A stretch of DNA of 64,000 bases, taken from the NCBI GenBank assembly GCA_964016885.1, contig OZ024758.1:39928001-39992000 (forward strand), read 5' to 3'. The position numbers and the translations under genes are program-made. Under the pieces are notes generated by a model. That model was given only the letters and a program-made list of their open reading frames with translations. It did not search any database and had not been told where the DNA came from. The first letter of the stretch is position 1. Every line of letters starts with the position of its first letter. Positions 35,401 to 50,343 of this stretch are shown here, piece after piece. This DNA comes from Eledone cirrhosa. Taxonomy: Eukaryota.

Positions 35401-38400
35401 AGTACTACTACTACCACCACCACCACCAACACCAATAACACCACTAGTACTACTACCACCACCACCACCACCAACACCAATAACACCACTAGTACTACTA
35501 CCACCACGACCACCACCAACACCAATAACACCACTAGTACTACTACCACCACGACCACCACCAACACCGCTAACACCACTAGTACTACCACCAACACCAA
35601 TAACACCACTAGTACTACTACCACCACCACCACCAACACCAATAACACCACTAGTACTACTACCAACACAACCACCAACACCAATAACGCCACTAGTACT
35701 ACCACCACCACCAATAACACCACTAGTACTACCACCAACACCAATAACGCCACTAGTACTACCACCAACACCAATAACACCACTAGTACTACTACCACCA
35801 CCACCACCAACACCAATAACACCACTAGTACTACTACCAACACAACCACCAACACCAATAACGCCACTAGTACTACCACCAACACCAATAACACCACTAG
35901 TACTACTACCACCACGACCACCACCAACACCAATAACACCACTAGTACTACCACCACGACCACCACCACCACCAACACCAATAACGCCACTAGTACTACC
36001 ATAACCACCACCACCAACACCAATAACACCACTAGTACTACTACCACCACGACCACCACCAACACCAATAACACCACCAGTACTACTACCACCAGGACCA
36101 CCACCAACACCAATAACACCACTAGTACTACCACCACGACCACCACCAACACCAATAACACCACTAGTACTACCACCACGACCACCACCAACACCAATAA
36201 CACCACTAGTACTACTACCACCACGACCACCACCAACACCAATAACACCACTAGTACTACCACCACGACCACCACCAACACCAATAACACCACTAGTACT
36301 ACTACCACCACGACCACCACCAACACCAATAACACCACTAGTACTACCACCACCACCACCACCAACACCAATAACACCACTAGTACTACTACCACCACGA
36401 CCACCACCAACACCAATAACACCACTAGTACTACTACCACCACCACCACCACCAACACCAATAACACCACTAGTAGTACTACCACCACCACCAACACCAA
36501 TAACACCATTAGTACTACCACCACCACCACCACCAACACCAATAACACCACTAGTACTACCACAACCACCACCACCACCACCAACACCAATAACACCACT
36601 AGTACTACCACCACCACCACCACCACCACCAATAACACCACTAGTACTACTACCACAACCACCACCACCACCACCACCAATAACACCACTAGTACTACCA
36701 CCACCACCACCACCACCACCAATAACACCACTAGTACTACCACAATCCACTACCACCAACACCAATAACACCACTAGTACTACCACAACCACTACCACCA
36801 ACACCAATAACACCACTAGTACTACTACCAGCACGACCACCACCAACACCAATAACACCGCTAGTACTACCACCAAGACCAATAACACCACTAGTACTAC
36901 CACAACCACCACCACCAACACCAATAACACCACTAGTACTACCACCACCATCACCACCACCAATAACACCACTAGTACTACCACCACCACCACCACCAAT
37001 AACACCACTAGTACTACCACCACCACCGCCACCACCAATAACACCACTAGTACTACCACCACCACCACCACCACCAACACCAATAACACCACTAGTACTA
37101 CCACCACCACCACCACCACCACCAATAACACCTCTAGTACTACCACAACCACCACCACCACCACCAACACCAATAACACCACTAGTACTACTACCACAAC
37201 CACCACCACCACCACCAATAACACCACTAGTACTACCACCACCACCACCACCAACACCAATAACACCACTAGTACTACTACCACAACCACCACCACCACC
37301 ACCAATAACACCACTAGTACTACTACCACCACCACCAACACCACCACCACCAACACCAATAACACCACTAGTACTACTACCACAACCACCACCACCACCA
37401 CCAATAACACCACTAGTACTACTACCACCACCACCAACACCACCACCAATAACACCACTAGTACTACCACAATCCACTACCACCAACACCAATAACACCA
37501 CTAGTACTACCACCACAACCACCACCACCACCAATAACACCACTAGTACTACCACCACCACCACCACCACCAATAACACCACTAGTACTACCACCACCAC
37601 CACCACCACCAATAACACCACTAGTACTACCACAACCACTACCACCAACACCAATAACACCACTAGTACTACCACAACCACTACCACCAACACCAATAAC
37701 ACCACTAGTACTACCACAACCACTACCACCAACACCAATAACACCACTAGTACTACCACAACCACTACCACCAACACCAATAAAAGCACTAGTACTACTA
37801 CCACCACCACCACCACCAATAACACCACTAGTACTACCACAACCACTACCACCAACACCAATAACACCACTAGTACTACCACAACCACTACCACCAACAC
37901 CAATAACACCACTAGTACTACCACAACCACTACCACCAACACCAATAACACCACTAGTACTACCACAACCACTACCACCAACACCAATAACACCACTAGT
38001 ACTACCACAACCACTACCACCAACACCAATAACACCACTAGTACTACTACCACCACCACCACCACCAATAACACCACTAGTACTACCACAACCACTACCA
38101 CCAAGACCAATAACACCACTAGTACTACCACAACCACTACCACCAACACCAATAACACCACTAGTACTACCACCACCACCACCACCACCAATAACACCAC
38201 TAGTACTACCACAACCACTACCACCAACACCAATAACACCACTAGTACTACTACCACAACGACCACCACCACCACCAATAACACCACTAGTACTACCACA
38301 ACCACCACCACCACCACCACCAATAACACCACTAGTACTACCACCACCACCACCACCACCAATAACACCACTAGTACTACCACCACCACCACCACCACCA

Positions 38401-39080
38401 CCAATAACACCACTAGTACTACCACAACCACCACCACCACCACCACCAATAACACCACTAGTACTTCCACCACCACCACCACCACCAATAACACCACTAG
38501 TACTACCACCACCACCACCACCAATAACACCACTAGTACTACTACCACCACCACCACCACCACCACCAATAACACCACTAGTACTACCACAACCACCACC
38601 ACCACCACCACCAATAACACCACTAGTACTACCACCACCACCAATAACACCACTAGTACTACCACAACCACCACCACCACTACCACCAATAACACCACTA
38701 GTACTACCACCACCACCACCAATAACACCACTAGTACTACCACCACCACCACCACCACCAATAACACCACTAGTACTACCACCACCACCACCACCACCAC
38801 CAATAACACCACTAGTACTACCACCACCAACACCACCACCAATAACACCACTAGTACTACCACCACCACCACCACCACCAATAACACCACTAGTACTACT
38901 ACCACCACCACCACCACCAATAACACCACTAGTACTACCACCACCACCACCACCACCAATAACACCACTAGTACTACCACCACCACCACCACCACCACCA
39001 ATAACACCACTAGTACTACCACAACCACCACCACCAACACCAATAACACCACTAGTACTACCACCACCAAAACACCAACT
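32411..39080. repeat. 6.7-kb (ACC)n-derived satellite with core aataacaccactagtacta
   Basis: Variable-length units of roughly 27-48 bp, mostly multiples of 3, which create spurious Thr/Asn, Val/Leu and Gly-rich ORFs. Confidence 0.93.
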
Positions 39081-39150
39081 AACACGATCACCACATCCTC
39101 TAACCAAACAAACAAAAAGCACCCAAATACAAACACCCTAACCCTCTCTC

Positions 39151-39500
<350 letters not shown>

Positions 39501-39521
39501 CATATCTATATATATATATAT

Positions 39522-40989
39522 ATATGTATCCCATTTGCAACGCCGCAGCTCCATTATTATCATCATATTTACACATATAATTTTTCCATGCTGCCTTCGT
39601 CTGTTTCGTTCCTTGTATCTTTACCACTTCTAGCAGTCTCCCTCTCTGTTACTCTCTCCTCAACTTTCACTCACTCATTCTCTGTCACTACCTCTCCTCC
39701 TCCTCTTTCCTCCTCCTCCTTCAAGTTTGTCCTGTGTGTAATTCTTTTCTCGCGCAGTCTTGACCGAGCTGGTATGGAATTTTTTCTCTCTCTCTTTCGT
39801 CTGCGACTTCACAAAACTTGCATTTACCGAATTCGTAGACCAGACCCCCTTATCTTCTTCTTCTTCTTCTTCTTCTTCTTCTTCTTCTTCTTCTTCTTCT
39901 TCTTCTTCTTCTTCTTCTTCTTCTTCTTCTTCTTCTTCTTCTTCCTCTTCTCTCCTTTTTCTTTCTCTCCCTCTCTCTTTTTTCCCCCCCGTCAAACTTG
40001 GGCGAAATTCTTTCCTTGCTCACATTTCTACCAGGTTCGATGGTCTTTCGTCTCTTGTTCACGATTTCACAGAGTTTATATTCATAGAGATCTGGGACTT
40101 GTCTATTTCTACTCACTTTCCATTGCTTAAACCCTTTTGTTGTTACTCTAGCGTCCCCCTTTATTTACGTGTCCCAACGACTTTTTTTAGCCGTTGTTCG
40201 CACCAACCTGAGGCATATGGCCCTTAAAGCGATGAAATGCCGAGGACGGTTGCAGGGTCACTGATGAAGGACTCACTTTTTCATATGTATCCCATTTGCA
40301 ACGCCGCAGCTCCATTATTATCATCATATTTACACATATAATTTTTCCATGTTGCCTTCGTCTGTTTCGTTCCTTGTATCTTTACCACTTCTAGCAGTCT
40401 CCCTCTCTGTTAATCTCTCCTCAACTTTCACTCACTCATTCTCTGTCACTACCTCTCCTCCTCCTCTTTCCTCCTCCTCCTTCAAGTTTGACCTGTGTGT
40501 AATTCTTTTCTCGCGCAGTCTTGACCGAGCTGGTATGGAATTTTTTTCTCTCTCTCTTTCGTCTGCGACTTCACAAAACTTGCGTTTACCGAATTCGTAG
40601 ACCAGACCCCCTTATCTTCTTCTTCTTCTTCTTCTTCTTCTTCTTCTTCTTCTTCCTCTTCTCTCCTTTTTCTTTCTCTCTCTCTCTCTTTTTTCCCCCC
40701 CGTCAAACTTGGGCGAAATTCTTTCCTTGCTCACATTTCTACCAGGTTCGATGGTCTTTCGTCTCTTGTTCACGATTTCACAGAGTTTATATTCATAGAG
40801 ATCTGGGACTTGTCTATTTCTACTCACTTTCCGTTGCTTAAACCCTTTTGTTGTTACTCTAGCGTCCCCCTTTATTTACTTGTCCCAACGACTTTTTTTA
40901 GCCGTTGTTCGCACCAACCTGAGGCATATGGCCCTTAAAGCGATGAAATGCCGAGGACGGTTGGAGGGTCACTGATGAAGGACTCACTT

Positions 40990-40996
<7 letters not shown>
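39522..40996. repeat. Tandem duplication (about 761 and 714 bp), differing mainly in (TTC)n length
   Basis: atatgtatcccatttgcaacgccgcagc at 39522 and 40283; both end ...gactcactttttcata. Diverged inverted homologue at 59111-59325. Confidence 0.9.
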
Positions 40997-41058
<62 letters not shown>

Positions 41059-41165
41059 TATATATTATGGAATACTGTTGGCTTTTCGCTACAATGTTTT
41101 CTATACCTTTCATCTATATATATAATGATATATATATGTATTTATATATATATATAGATATATCT

Positions 41166-41326
41166 ATCTAAGGCGGGTAAAATTCCCGAGATCCATGGAC
41201 GAGTTCTCTCCAGCGGTCTCTGTCCCTCATTATCGCTGCCATATCCTGCATCTCCAACAGACCAGTGTCTGTCCTTAGGGCATCAACATATGTTAACCTT
41301 GGTCTTCCTCTTCTAGTGTGTCCATG
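41166..41326 (-). mobile_element. 3'-terminal fragment of an RTE-clade LINE
   Basis: Minus strand encodes [52 protein letters not shown], the typical RTE ORF C-terminus (RGRP...D...DR..WR). Confidence 0.7.
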
Positions 41327-41490
41327 TAGATATATATATGTATATATATATATAAAGATATATATATATGTATGTATATATATATAAAGATATATATATA
41401 TGTATGTATATAAAAGCCAAAGATAGAAAGATAGAAATGAAGAAGAAAAGAGAGAAATATATGTATATATATATATATATATATATTGTA

Positions 41491-41524
<34 letters not shown>

Positions 41525-41590
41525 TGTATGTATTTATATATATATAATGTATGCATACATATATGCTGCAACCTCAGCATCTAATTTTCT

Positions 41591-41685
<95 letters not shown>

Positions 41686-41750
41686 TTAGCGAGAATCGCA
41701 TTTCGGCGGGTAGAAATAAGCGCAACGCGTGTATGACCATTTTAACTTAT

Positions 41751-41794
<44 letters not shown>

Positions 41795-41805
41795 ATATAT
41801 ATATA

Positions 41806-41887
<82 letters not shown>

Positions 41888-41892
41888 TATAC

Positions 41893-41952
<60 letters not shown>

Positions 41953-41988
41953 TATATATATATATATATGTACGTATATGTATATGCA

Positions 41989-42021
<33 letters not shown>

Positions 42022-42047
42022 TTATACATACAATATATATATATATG

Positions 42048-42105
<58 letters not shown>

Positions 42106-42161
42106 TAAACAAATAATGAATAAACAATGAAAACAGTTCCTTATATTAAACAAAAAAAGTT

Positions 42162-42311
42162 CATTATTTAACGATCGTTTCTAGGTTATATATGTGTTAG
42201 AATTGGCATGCATATTCAACAGATCTATGTACAAAATTATACAAAATTATACAAACTATCAAGATTAAATATACATACCAACACATATATACGCCGTCTT
42301 CAGAAATAATG
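42162..42311 (-). ncRNA. Type-I hammerhead ribozyme with very long stem II (PLE copy 1)
   Basis: cattattt-CTGAAGA-c-...tatatatgtgtt...aacacatatata...-GAA-ACGATCGT-T-aaataatg. Perfect 8-bp stem I, palindromic stem III, GUU triplet. Confidence 0.8.
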
Positions 42312-42939
42312 AAATATATTTATTGATAATAACAACAATTCAAAATTTCAGGTCCGTTTGGGAACAAAATTGACCAATGAAAATACAAAAGGTTTAATGC
42401 AGTTCAGTGTGTGTATATACATGTAACTACCCTTACACATATTTTACAAAAATGTATGCACAACTTGTATACGCATATCAAAAGGATGGATGCAAGTACA
42501 AAATTTCAAGGTTAATGTCTCTGTAAGTTTATAATGCACAGATAAGATGCGTATAGACACACAAATATGAAATAAGTGTATATACATATTCACATACTCA
42601 TACATATCCGTACAATCATACACACACGCGCGTATATGCATAAACATCCACATAACTACGAACATACAAACACACACACACCCCCACTCACATATATATA
42701 TGTGGATACAAAATCCTAAGCACATGGATATTAATTCACTCACATAAACACTGGCACACACATTTAGATCAAGATACAGAAATTAGGTGGGAGGGGGGGA
42801 GAGGTCAGTATTCAACGGTTTGGGCAGACTGCTTAATATAGATGTATCTATAAACTAAGAAAATAAAAAATAATAAATAATAAATAAACAATAAAAGGAA
42901 AGAAATGAAAAAGAAAAAAGAAAAAAGAAATATATCAAG

Positions 42940-42989
<50 letters not shown>

Positions 42990-43151
42990 CATACACACAT
43001 ATACACACATACATATATATATATATACACATATACAAACACATACATACATATACACACATCCACACTTAGAACATACATACACACACATATATAAAAA
43101 CATATACATATACACACATACATACATATACACACATACATATAAATACAC

Positions 43152-43220
<69 letters not shown>

Positions 43221-43501
43221 TACATACACATATAATCACACATACTATATAGACACACATATATATACACACATACACGCACATATAAATACACTTACAT
43301 ACTTATATACATACAGATATACACATACATACCTATATATACACACAAATACATACAGACATACATACATACATACAGACAAATACTTACGCATCTATAT
43401 ATCGGTATATACATACAAACACCACTACACTCTCACACAACTCAGACATACAAAGAAAAAGGTATATACCTATACACAAATACATATACAAATAGAGAAA
43501 C

Positions 43502-43590
<89 letters not shown>

Positions 43591-43796
43591 CATACACATA
43601 CATACACATACACATACATACACATACATACATGTACACACACATAGATATATATACACACATACATACATACACACATACATATATAGTCATACACACA
43701 GATACACCTACACGAACATACACATACACATATATAAAGATATATATACACACACACACACACACACATACACACACACACATATATATAAAATAA

Positions 43797-43843
<47 letters not shown>

Positions 43844-44438
43844 TACATATATATACATACACACATACATAGACATATATGTACATACATACACATACAC
43901 AGATACATACACACACATACATACATATATATATACACACGTAGACATATACATACAAACACACACAACTTACATACACACATATATATTCATACATAGA
44001 ATTAGATATATATTCATACATACACTCGCACTTACATATACTCATATATATAAATACATACGCATTCATATATGCGTATATACATAGAAACACCAATACA
44101 CACTCACCCAACTCAGACATACAAAGAAAAAGGCATATACATATATATATATATATATACACGCATTAATAGAGATATATATACACATATACATATATAT
44201 ATATATATATATATACACATACACTTATATATATATACCCACACACACATACAACCATAAATACACATACAAACACCCACATATACATATATATACACAT
44301 ATATATATATACACACACACACATAAAAAACAGACATGCACATATATATTTTTTTACACATATATATACACATATATATACATATACACAGCCTCACATA
44401 TACACGCATACACATAAGTTATATTATAATAATAAATA

Positions 44439-44503
<65 letters not shown>

Positions 44504-44758
44504 CGAATATAGACACATATACACACATAGATATATATATATACGTATATATATATACATACATATACACACACACATATACACACTCACATATATATGT
44601 GTGTGCAAACACACATATATACACATACACACATATACACATAAACACATATATGTGTATACATGCACACACACACATATATCCACATAGATACGAAGAT
44701 AGACATATAAATAGAGAGACATACATATATATACACACATACATATACATACATACAT

Positions 44759-44813
<55 letters not shown>

Positions 44814-46127
44814 CACACATACACATACACATATATATACACATGCATATATACACATATACACATACATACACACATATATATACACACACAATCTTAC
44901 ATTCTTATTTGCATGCGCATATATGTATTTTTATATTCAGATATAAATACCCAAACTTATATACACCTACCTACATATATATTCATACATACACACTTAC
45001 AAACACAGATGATAATAGTATAGGGGAAAGGGGGGGGGGGGTTGGAGAAGGGGATTATAGTAAATATATGTTTCAAGAAACATAGAATATTATCCGTATC
45101 TGGATCCAATGTATGTTTTTACATATTTTCAGTGTTAGGAAATACAATAAACAAGAAATAAGGCAAAATCTATGCATTTCAAAATAAATAAGTATACCAT
45201 TAATTATATGTTAACTAAACTAAAGATAGTTAACATATTGATTTCTAAGGTGTAAATTAGTTAGGTTTATAATATTTGAAGCAGAATTTTGAAGTTAAAA
45301 AGTAGTAGAGTATTGATTATAGTATAACTAAATTAAAGTTAATAACGTTATGGTATCAATATTACGAAATGAATTTAGTAATAGGGAAAAAACAAATAAG
45401 TATTACATCGGTAGTAGAATATAAATTATAGGTTAACTAAATTAAAAATTATATATTTATTTCTATAGTATATGTTAATTAGGTATATAATAAATAAAAC
45501 AGATATTGTATTTTATCAATAGCAGAATATAATTATATGCAAATAGAAATCAAAATTAATACATATACATATACATATACATATATATATACATATATAT
45601 ACATATATACACATACATATATACACATATACACACACATACACATACACATACAACATATACATATACATATTTTTTCAAAAATTGCAAAGAATATATT
45701 AACTAGGTATATATCCAAAACACATCTCATTCTATGATTACATGACATTCTGCAATTCGTCTGTATAAGGATACTAATTTTAAGCCAATTAAATTAAATT
45801 TTTAGGTTGACTAAAATTAAAACCAAATTATAAATATATTTCTAAAATGTATATTAATTAGGTCTATAATACTAAAAATTATTTCTCTGTCATTGGATAC
45901 ACGATATTTTGTTATATTTTATCTGTAAAAGAATTATAATAAAGGTTTAAATAAATTAAAATTAATCTATAAATTAAATTACTAAGTATATATTAGTAAT
46001 ATTTAAAGGTTTTTCACAATTTAAGATTACATAATATTTTATATTCTCATCTGTAATAGAATTTTAATTAAATTAAATTTATAGGTTAACTAACATTTAA
46101 ATTAAATTAATTTCTAAAATAATGTTA

Positions 46128-48569
46128 TTAATTAGGTTTATAATATTTAAATGTTTTTTTTAGTTTATGATTACACGATATAATTAATTCCTGTCGTTTA
46201 TTTAATAGGATATCCCTAGATTTCATTATTTCAAATAGTTCTTGGGAACATAATCTACATTCATTTCTATTATTTTGATAAGGGGTGGCTCTTTTGAGCA
46301 CACTCCAGGTCAAATCATATTCTATATTCTTATTTTTATAACTATTGATTTTTTCTGCTAGAGATGTTGTATTAGCCAGTGCGGCATTTTTAAAACTATG
46401 CTTGTGGGTATTAAACCTTGTCTTAAAATTGTTAGAGGTAGCTCCTATATATGAGCAAATAGAATCTTTAGTTTTAACATTACATTTATAGACTATGTTG
46501 TTAACAAGACAATTCCCTTTTAATGGGCAGTTTGCTTTGTTTCTACAGTTACAACCTTTCGTTAATTCTGTATTTGAGGAGATATTATGGTTAGTTTGAT
46601 GTACTGGTGGTATACTTATGGTTTTCTTACATTTATATGCATTATAGGCACTTATATTTTGTTTTATGTTATTTGTTGTAGAGTATGAGAATTTAACTGT
46701 AGACCTATTTAAGATTTGATGGTATTTGTGGTTTGGCGGGAAGTTTTTCTCTAGGATATAAAAAAATTTTTTAGCAATATTATCCTTAATTTGTAAATTA
46801 AATGGAGCATTATACCAAGTAACCCGTCTATTACGGTTTCTATGTTGTTTATTATTTTTATTATTTTTATAGGTTGTATCGTGATTTATACTAGGAGGAT
46901 TAATGTTAATGATCTCACCACAACCATTTTTAGTTATATTTGTAGATTTAGGTGTTTTATCCTTTTTATTTGGAGTTTTATTATTAATATTTATTAGAGT
47001 TGTATGATGAGTAGTTTTTTGAGAGTTACTATACTTTATATTAGAAGATTTGGTATTTTGGGGTATAGTGTGGGTGGCATTTAGGTGTGTACTTTTCATT
47101 TGGTGTTTGTTGGTAATATTAGGTTGTATGCTTTCAGTATTTATAGTAGAAGGTATATATTCTAATCTATTTTTGTGGCCACTTCTATCTAGAGCTTCGT
47201 TATAGAAGGTCGCATTTTTATCAAATACATCTTGGTTAGAAGAAAGGTTAGAAATTCTAAGTGATATATTATATGCAAGGTTTTTAAGGATAGATTTAGG
47301 GTGATTAGATTGTGAGTGTATGTAATGTAAGTTTTGGTTTGGTTTATGGTAAGGTTGGTAGATACCCGTAGCTAAATCTAAAGTTATATCTAGGAAATTT
47401 ACTACTTTACTTGTTTTTTCAAAAGTAATATTAAGATTATAATAGTCTTTAAGGAAAGTTCTAATATGTTTTTTGTTTTTTTCAATTTCTGAAAGGCTAA
47501 GGTTGTTAGAAAGAAGAAGACAGTCATCACGATATAAACCACCTTTGAGGTGGGGAAAGGAGGCATTTATGTTGAAAAGGAGAAAGAGGCCCACAAGATC
47601 AGTAATTTGGGCGGAATCGCTTGAACCCATAGTAATATCAAATAGATTACTATATGTGTTTCTGGTCCAGTATTCATTCTGAAATTCAATAAGTGTTAGT
47701 CTAGCATGTGTAATAATATTAATGTCATCCAAAGTTAAGTTAGATCTATTTTTAGCAAATATCAATGCTTTGTTCAGGAGTATAGGTGATATAGAAGAAT
47801 AGTAATTATCTATATCAAATTGTAGAAATGAAGCAGAAGATTTACATCTAATATTTTTAAACCAGTTAATTACCTGGGAGGTGTTTTCCCAGAGTGGTAA
47901 AATAACGTGTTTTCTTATTTGTGGGATGACTCTATCCAAAATTTTTTTGCTAATTATTCCAATATCTGATTTGGAGGGACATATAAGTCTAATAGAAGGA
48001 TTTGAGTTAAAGTTTGATTTATGATCCTTCAGGTTGAAGTGTGGTCTTTTCAATGCCAAAGGTTCAGTTCTATCTTCAATGTTTAGTTTTTTTACTATGT
48101 TGTGTGTTTTGTTGTTGATGTTGGTGAGTGACGCATTATTAGATTTTTTATAATTTTTTCTGAGTTCTTTATATATGAACTCATTATAATGTTCAATATC
48201 CATATGATACAAGTTACCAGTTTTGTCCGAGTGGACATGGATTTTTTTAGACTTTTTTAGGTCCAATAGGGTAGAATCAAGGTCCTTTTGAAAGACGGAT
48301 TTATACTTTTTAAATTTGAGGTGTTTAATTAAATTAAAAAGGTCTTTCTCGAAGTCTTCAAGTAAAAAGTTGTGTGGTGGATTCTTGTAAGTATTGAAAT
48401 CATACATATATTTCCGATCTGCTTGTTTAGATTTTCTGTCGAAGTGGTAGGCTCTCCATCTAACCCTTCTGATAAAATTATTAGTTTTTTGAATCATAAG
48501 GAGTAAGAAGTCATCCTTAGAAGGTATTGGTATGTTTTTTAAAGAGGTTCCTAAATATTGTTTTTCCAT
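46128..48569 (-). CDS. Penelope-like polyprotein: RT, Cys-rich knuckle and GIY-YIG endonuclease (Naiad-type); intact
   Basis: N-terminal SLKNIPIPS..FIRRVRWRAYHF; SDKT; FDIDNYYSSI; MGS; YRDD; FLDITL; CNC-x5-CPL-x3-C; IVYKC...SYIGAT...FKTRFNTHKHSF. First ATG at 48569. Confidence 0.93.
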   Translation of the reverse strand: MEKQYLGTSLKNIPIPSKDDFLLLMIQKTNNFIRRVRWRAYHFDRKSKQADRKYMYDFNTYKNPPHNFLLEDFEKDLFNLIKHLKFKKYKSVFQKDLDSTLLDLKKSKKIHVHSDKTGNLYHMDIEHYNEFIYKELRKNYKKSNNASLTNINNKTHNIVKKLNIEDRTEPLALKRPHFNLKDHKSNFNSNPSIRLICPSKSDIGIISKKILDRVIPQIRKHVILPLWENTSQVINWFKNIRCKSSASFLQFDIDNYYSSISPILLNKALIFAKNRSNLTLDDINIITHARLTLIEFQNEYWTRNTYSNLFDITMGSSDSAQITDLVGLFLLFNINASFPHLKGGLYRDDCLLLSNNLSLSEIEKNKKHIRTFLKDYYNLNITFEKTSKVVNFLDITLDLATGIYQPYHKPNQNLHYIHSQSNHPKSILKNLAYNISLRISNLSSNQDVFDKNATFYNEALDRSGHKNRLEYIPSTINTESIQPNITNKHQMKSTHLNATHTIPQNTKSSNIKYSNSQKTTHHTTLININNKTPNKKDKTPKSTNITKNGCGEIININPPSINHDTTYKNNKNNKQHRNRNRRVTWYNAPFNLQIKDNIAKKFFYILEKNFPPNHKYHQILNRSTVKFSYSTTNNIKQNISAYNAYKCKKTISIPPVHQTNHNISSNTELTKGCNCRNKANCPLKGNCLVNNIVYKCNVKTKDSICSYIGATSNNFKTRFNTHKHSFKNAALANTTSLAEKINSYKNKNIEYDLTWSVLKRATPYQNNRNECRLCSQELFEIMKSRDILLNKRQELIISCNHKLKKTFKYYKPN

Positions 48570-48923
48570 TGTGATATGGATGATGGACAATTGAAAGAGC
48601 TCAACTAAATGTATATGGGTTTACAAAATCATACATATATATATGTATATACATAAATATAAAATTAATACACACATACAATACAAAAATACGAATATTT
48701 CCGTGAAAATAGGAGCAAAATTATGTAGATAAATCTACCAAGAGTTTACGGTAGTGTCCAATCCGTATGAAGAACTCAATGTATTCCGGATATCATGGAA
48801 AGAAGAGATATAATGAAAAATCACTTTCGGTGAAAGATAAACGGTATACAGAGTCAAGATAAAATATTAAACAAATAATGAATAAACAATGAAAACAGTT
48901 CCTTATATTAAACAAAAAAAGTT

Positions 48924-49073
48924 CATTATTTAACGATCGTTTCTAGGATATATATGTGTTAGAATTGGCATGCATATTCAACAGATCTATGTACAAAATT
49001 ATACAAAATTATACAAACTATCAAGATTAAATATACATACCAACACATATATACGCCGTCTTCAGAAATAATG
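48924..49073 (-). ncRNA. Type-I hammerhead ribozyme (PLE copy 2, about 360 nt upstream of the ORF)
   Basis: Same motif as 42162-42311. Confidence 0.8.
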
Positions 49074-49702
49074 AAATATATTTATTGATAATAACAACAA
49101 TTCAAAATTTCAGGTCCGTTTGGGAACAAAATTGACCAATGAAAATACAAAAGGTTTAATGCAGTTCAGTGTGTGTATATACATGTAACTACCCTTACAC
49201 ATATTTTACAAAAATGTATGCACAACTTGTATACGCATATCAAAAGGATGGATGCAAGTACAAAATTTCAAGGTTAATGTCTCTGTAAGTTTATAATGCA
49301 CAGATAAGATGCGTATAGACACACAAATATGAAATAAGTGTATATACATATTCACATACTCATACATATCCGTACAATCATACACACACGCGCGTATATG
49401 CATAAACATCCACATAACTACGAACATACAAACACACACACACCCCCACTCACATATATATATGTGGATACAAAATCCTAAGCACATGGATATTAATTCA
49501 CTCACATAAACACTGGCACACACATTTAGATCAAGATACAGAAATTAGGTGGGAGGGGGGGGAGAGGTCAGTATTCAACGGTTTGGGCAGACTGCTTAAT
49601 ATAGATGTATCTATAAACTAAGAAAATAAAAAATAATAAATAATAAATAAACAATAAAAGGAAAGAAAAGAAAAAGAAAAAAGAAAAAAGAAATATATCA
49701 AG

Positions 49703-49752
<50 letters not shown>

Positions 49753-49916
49753 CATACACACATATACACACATACATATATATATATATATACACATATA
49801 CAAACACATACATACATATACACACATCCACACTTAGAACATACATACACACGCATATATAAAAACATATACATATACACACATACATACATATACACAC
49901 ATACATATAAATACAC

Positions 49917-49983
<67 letters not shown>

Positions 49984-50264
49984 TACATACACATATAATC
50001 ACACATACTATATAGACACACATATATATACACACATACACGCACATATACATACACTTACATACTTATATACATACAGATATACACATACATACCTATA
50101 TATACACACAAATACATACAGACATACATACATACATACAGACAAATACTTACGCATCTATATATCGGTATATACATACAAACACCACTACACTCTCACA
50201 CAACTCAGACATACAAAGAAAAAGGTATATACCTATACACAAATACATATACAAATAGAGAAAC

Positions 50265-50343
<79 letters not shown>

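Noticed and set aside
40225-40285. Type-II or type-III hammerhead (GAAA...CTGATGA)
   Set aside because: Stems I-III cannot be formed consistently here or in the 59.1-kb homologue
42444-42761. 105-aa ORF present identically three times (42444, 49206, 56046)
   Set aside because: Identity reflects the recent PLE repeats; GTG start and TG-rich low complexity; no evidence of coding
41293-45748. Many [12 protein letters not shown] ORFs here and throughout the window
   Set aside because: Translations of (TA)n, (TG)n and (CA)n microsatellites
46128-48590. Selenoprotein-type Naiad (in-frame UGA plus SECIS)
   Set aside because: The ORF has no internal TGA and the knuckle positions are Cys; no SECIS recognised
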